Source: Utricularia gibba (lineage: Eukaryota > Plantae > Magnoliophyta). Taken from it: a stretch of 64,000 bases of DNA. The DNA is taken from the NCBI GenBank assembly GCA_002189035.1, contig NEEC01000008.1, positions 1,984,001 through 2,048,000 on the forward strand, in the 5' to 3' direction. Below the pieces are notes generated by a model. It saw only the letters and a list, made by a program, of their open reading frames with translations, searched no databases and was not told where the DNA came from. This document shows positions 61,546 through 64,000 of this stretch, piece by piece (position 1 is the stretch's first letter; the number at the start of each line of letters is the position of its first letter). The position numbers and the translations under genes are program-made.

Positions 61546-63462
61546 AACCCTGTCATATGGGAACAAGATGGAAACTTTTACACATAACAAGCAAGCTCAA
61601 GCAAATAAATCGCAAGGAAAACACCCTGTTACTAACGCATGCGAGTAGTGCAACTAGATTTGTAGGTTACAATGTAAGAAACTTGGAAGGCCACTAGTTG
61701 AAAAGCAGATCACATGTGTCGATGTAATGATTGGTGGAGTGGGTGTTTCATATTGGAACTGGCTGCATTATTCAACGCTGCAGGGAGTAGGAGCTACAGC
61801 AATGTGGAGGATATTTGGATTCCGAGCGGGGGTTGTGATGTAAGTACGATCACAAGACAGAAGACTGAAGCTTAAAAAAATACAGTAGCAGCCGCCCACA
61901 GCCACCCACCCCACGCCCTCCCTCCCCAGTCCTTGAAGTTTTTCCAGTCGCCCCAACGCGAAAAAAAAAAAATATTGTTTTCGACAATAATCGATTAATT
62001 GATTTATTTTTCAATTTTGACGAAAATCGAGTGTCAACCTCTTACACATCAGCTTTTGCTTTGGATCCAAACCTAACATCAAGAAATAAATAATATATAT
62101 ATAATATATATATATTTTTTATATTTAATCATCAACTTTTCGAATTTGATAATTTGTTAAATAATTATTCATATGTGTAGGGTTGTCGAATGTATAGATA
62201 TCTAAAAGTGAAAGAATCTAAAAGTGAGAGATTCTAATATTAAAGAGTATAGTAACCATATTTCACATTAATTATGGATAATAAGAGATGTACTTAAATA
62301 TAATGACATTCATAATTTTATATGAGATCTTTTTTTGTAAAAATGAAGAATGTAAAATTTTGAGAATTGGATATACGAAATGAATAGTATCATATAATAA
62401 TAGAGTGACATTTGATGTCATATATATAATTTGCTTATCATTTCTAAATTTAGAACCAATTATAATTGATATGACACTTCTTTGCTTTACTATTTCATGA
62501 TAATATAGTCACAAGTTTTCTTGGTACAGATGTCAATATAGTCCAAGTGATGTCCCTCCACTGATGATTCACCTGTTCACTAACTTTAAATATAATATCC
62601 ATTTTTTGGGATGTCCCCCACACCATCACAATTATAATTAGGTGATGAGTTTAATCATCCTTGAGTATATTTGTTATTTGGTACCAACCATCATTATTCA
62701 ATTTATTCAATATCCATACAATATTGTAGTCTATTTATATTTCATGTATGATTTTGATAGATACCAATAACACTGATTTTTTAAATCAAAAGTGTTGGTT
62801 TCTTTTTCACATACTTATGATTAAGACTATATTTGCTGATGTATTGATACTTGTTTTTGGACATCAAATTTTTAGATGATAGAATCTTCAAATTGCAAAA
62901 AACATGTTAATATTTAGAGAAAAAATGTTTAAATTGATCGAGTCTTCATGAATTTTGCTTTAGTGCAAGTTTTATATGATAGTATAATTAATAATGTATT
63001 TGATTTAAAACAAATATCTTATACCTTGGATTATTTAGCAAAACTCATCTAGAGTTTAAGTTTTAAAATACCTCATTCGAAGTGTTTTACAGTAAAACTA
63101 ATCTACCAAACATTCACTTCGTGTATTACAATCCACACGAAATCAATTTTGTATTTTAATGTGTTTTCCATGATATCAAACTACCAATTACCCATTGTAT
63201 GTCTTTTTTTTTTCAGGCCCATCTGTAAGTCTAATGGCACTAAGATTTCAAAAAAAAAAACAGAAAAGAGAAAAGGAGCTTCTTATATTACAACACATTG
63301 AGCCCAGAAATCCACAAACGAAAAAAACACTGGAAACACAGCAGATCTTTGTAAGATTAGAATTACATGTAAGAAAAGGGGGAAGCCATGATTATGCCCC
63401 TCTTCGTTAGCAGGTGATACATCTGATGAGTCAACAATATCCACAGTCATGAGGCCGATTAG

Positions 63463-63999
63463 TCAGGTTGAGTTGGTTGTTTCACAAGGCTGGTAGTCAA
63501 CTATTTTGCCCTGTTTGCCGCAACCGCCGCCTGACAGTGAGTTCTTGCCGGAACCACGATAACCACCATCCTCACTCGTTGTAGCAGGATAGGGGGCTGC
63601 TGTCACGTCACCCACATGGATTTGTGGATGACCAACTCCAACTGCTTGCGCAGATTTCATGTCTATGCCATCAACCAATGCTCCTTCAAATGCGTTTCCA
63701 CCAAAACTCACAACTCCGGTGCTGCCATTTACGTAGGCGGGGTACACTGGAGCAGCATTCACGTAAGGCAAGAAATTTCCCCTAACACCAATACCTCCGG
63801 CGCCCCAGTCATTCCTGGGGGGAACTGGAGCATATGTATAGCTGATGCCAGGATAATTTCCGATAGGATATCCACCACCACTGTAAATGCCAGTTCCATA
63901 GGGGTATCCAGCGAGGCTAGCATATCCATTGGGGAAGTATCCAAATCTTGGTTGGTATGTTGGGAAACCGGTTTGTTGATAAGGAGTGAAACTTGGGCT
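63463..63999 (-). CDS. 3' part of a Gly/Tyr/Pro-rich low-complexity protein; start lies beyond the window
   Basis: 179 codons open from the window edge: SPSFTPYQQTGFPTYQPRFGYFPNGYASLAGYPYGTGIYSGGGYPIGNYPG...GKQGKIVDYQPCETTNST*. Confidence 0.65.
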   Translation of the reverse strand, partial: SPSFTPYQQTGFPTYQPRFGYFPNGYASLAGYPYGTGIYSGGGYPIGNYPGISYTYAPVPPRNDWGAGGIGVRGNFLPYVNAAPVYPAYVNGSTGVVSFGGNAFEGALVDGIDMKSAQAVGVGHPQIHVGDVTAAPYPATTSEDGGYRGSGKNSLSGGGCGKQGKIVDYQPCETTNST

Positions 64000-64000
64000 T

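Noticed and set aside
1-64000. tRNA, rRNA, CRISPR arrays, autonomous transposon or retroelement ORFs, organellar insertions
   Set aside because: No T-loop/D-loop tRNA signatures, rRNA motifs, repeat-spacer arrays, or transposase/RT/integrase motifs were found by eye. Short degenerate remnants in AT-rich spacers cannot be excluded without a repeat library.

Overview
Gene-dense eudicot plant nuclear DNA with spliceosomal GT-AG introns and AT-rich intergenic spacers; no prokaryotic, organellar, rRNA, tRNA or CRISPR features were seen. About 21 protein-coding loci were recognised by hand translation and splicing: FPP (3' end), TRM6, GALS (GT92), URGT, RAD52-2, ODR4, a PL4 rhamnogalacturonan lyase, an RRM protein, phytolongin, a probable SCEP1, RBM7, FPF1, CLD1, patellin, three tandem NPF5 transporters, RanBPM, two uncharacterised conserved proteins and a partial Gly/Tyr/Pro-rich ORF. 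There is also one Tourist-like MITE. Family calls come from recalled protein motifs, not database searches. Main observations: (1) all three NPF paralogues lack the first Glu of the TM1 ExxER motif and the TM4 Lys needed for proton coupling, so they may be a clade of uncoupled facilitators; (2) three genes acting on the pectin RG-I (GALS, URGT, RG-lyase) lie within 14.3 kb; (3) eight frameshifts in seven genes are each repaired by one base in a G/C run, which points to assembly error rather than biology; (4) the middle NPF has a real in-frame TGA; (5) several promoter-like or spliced regions have no recognisable ORF.
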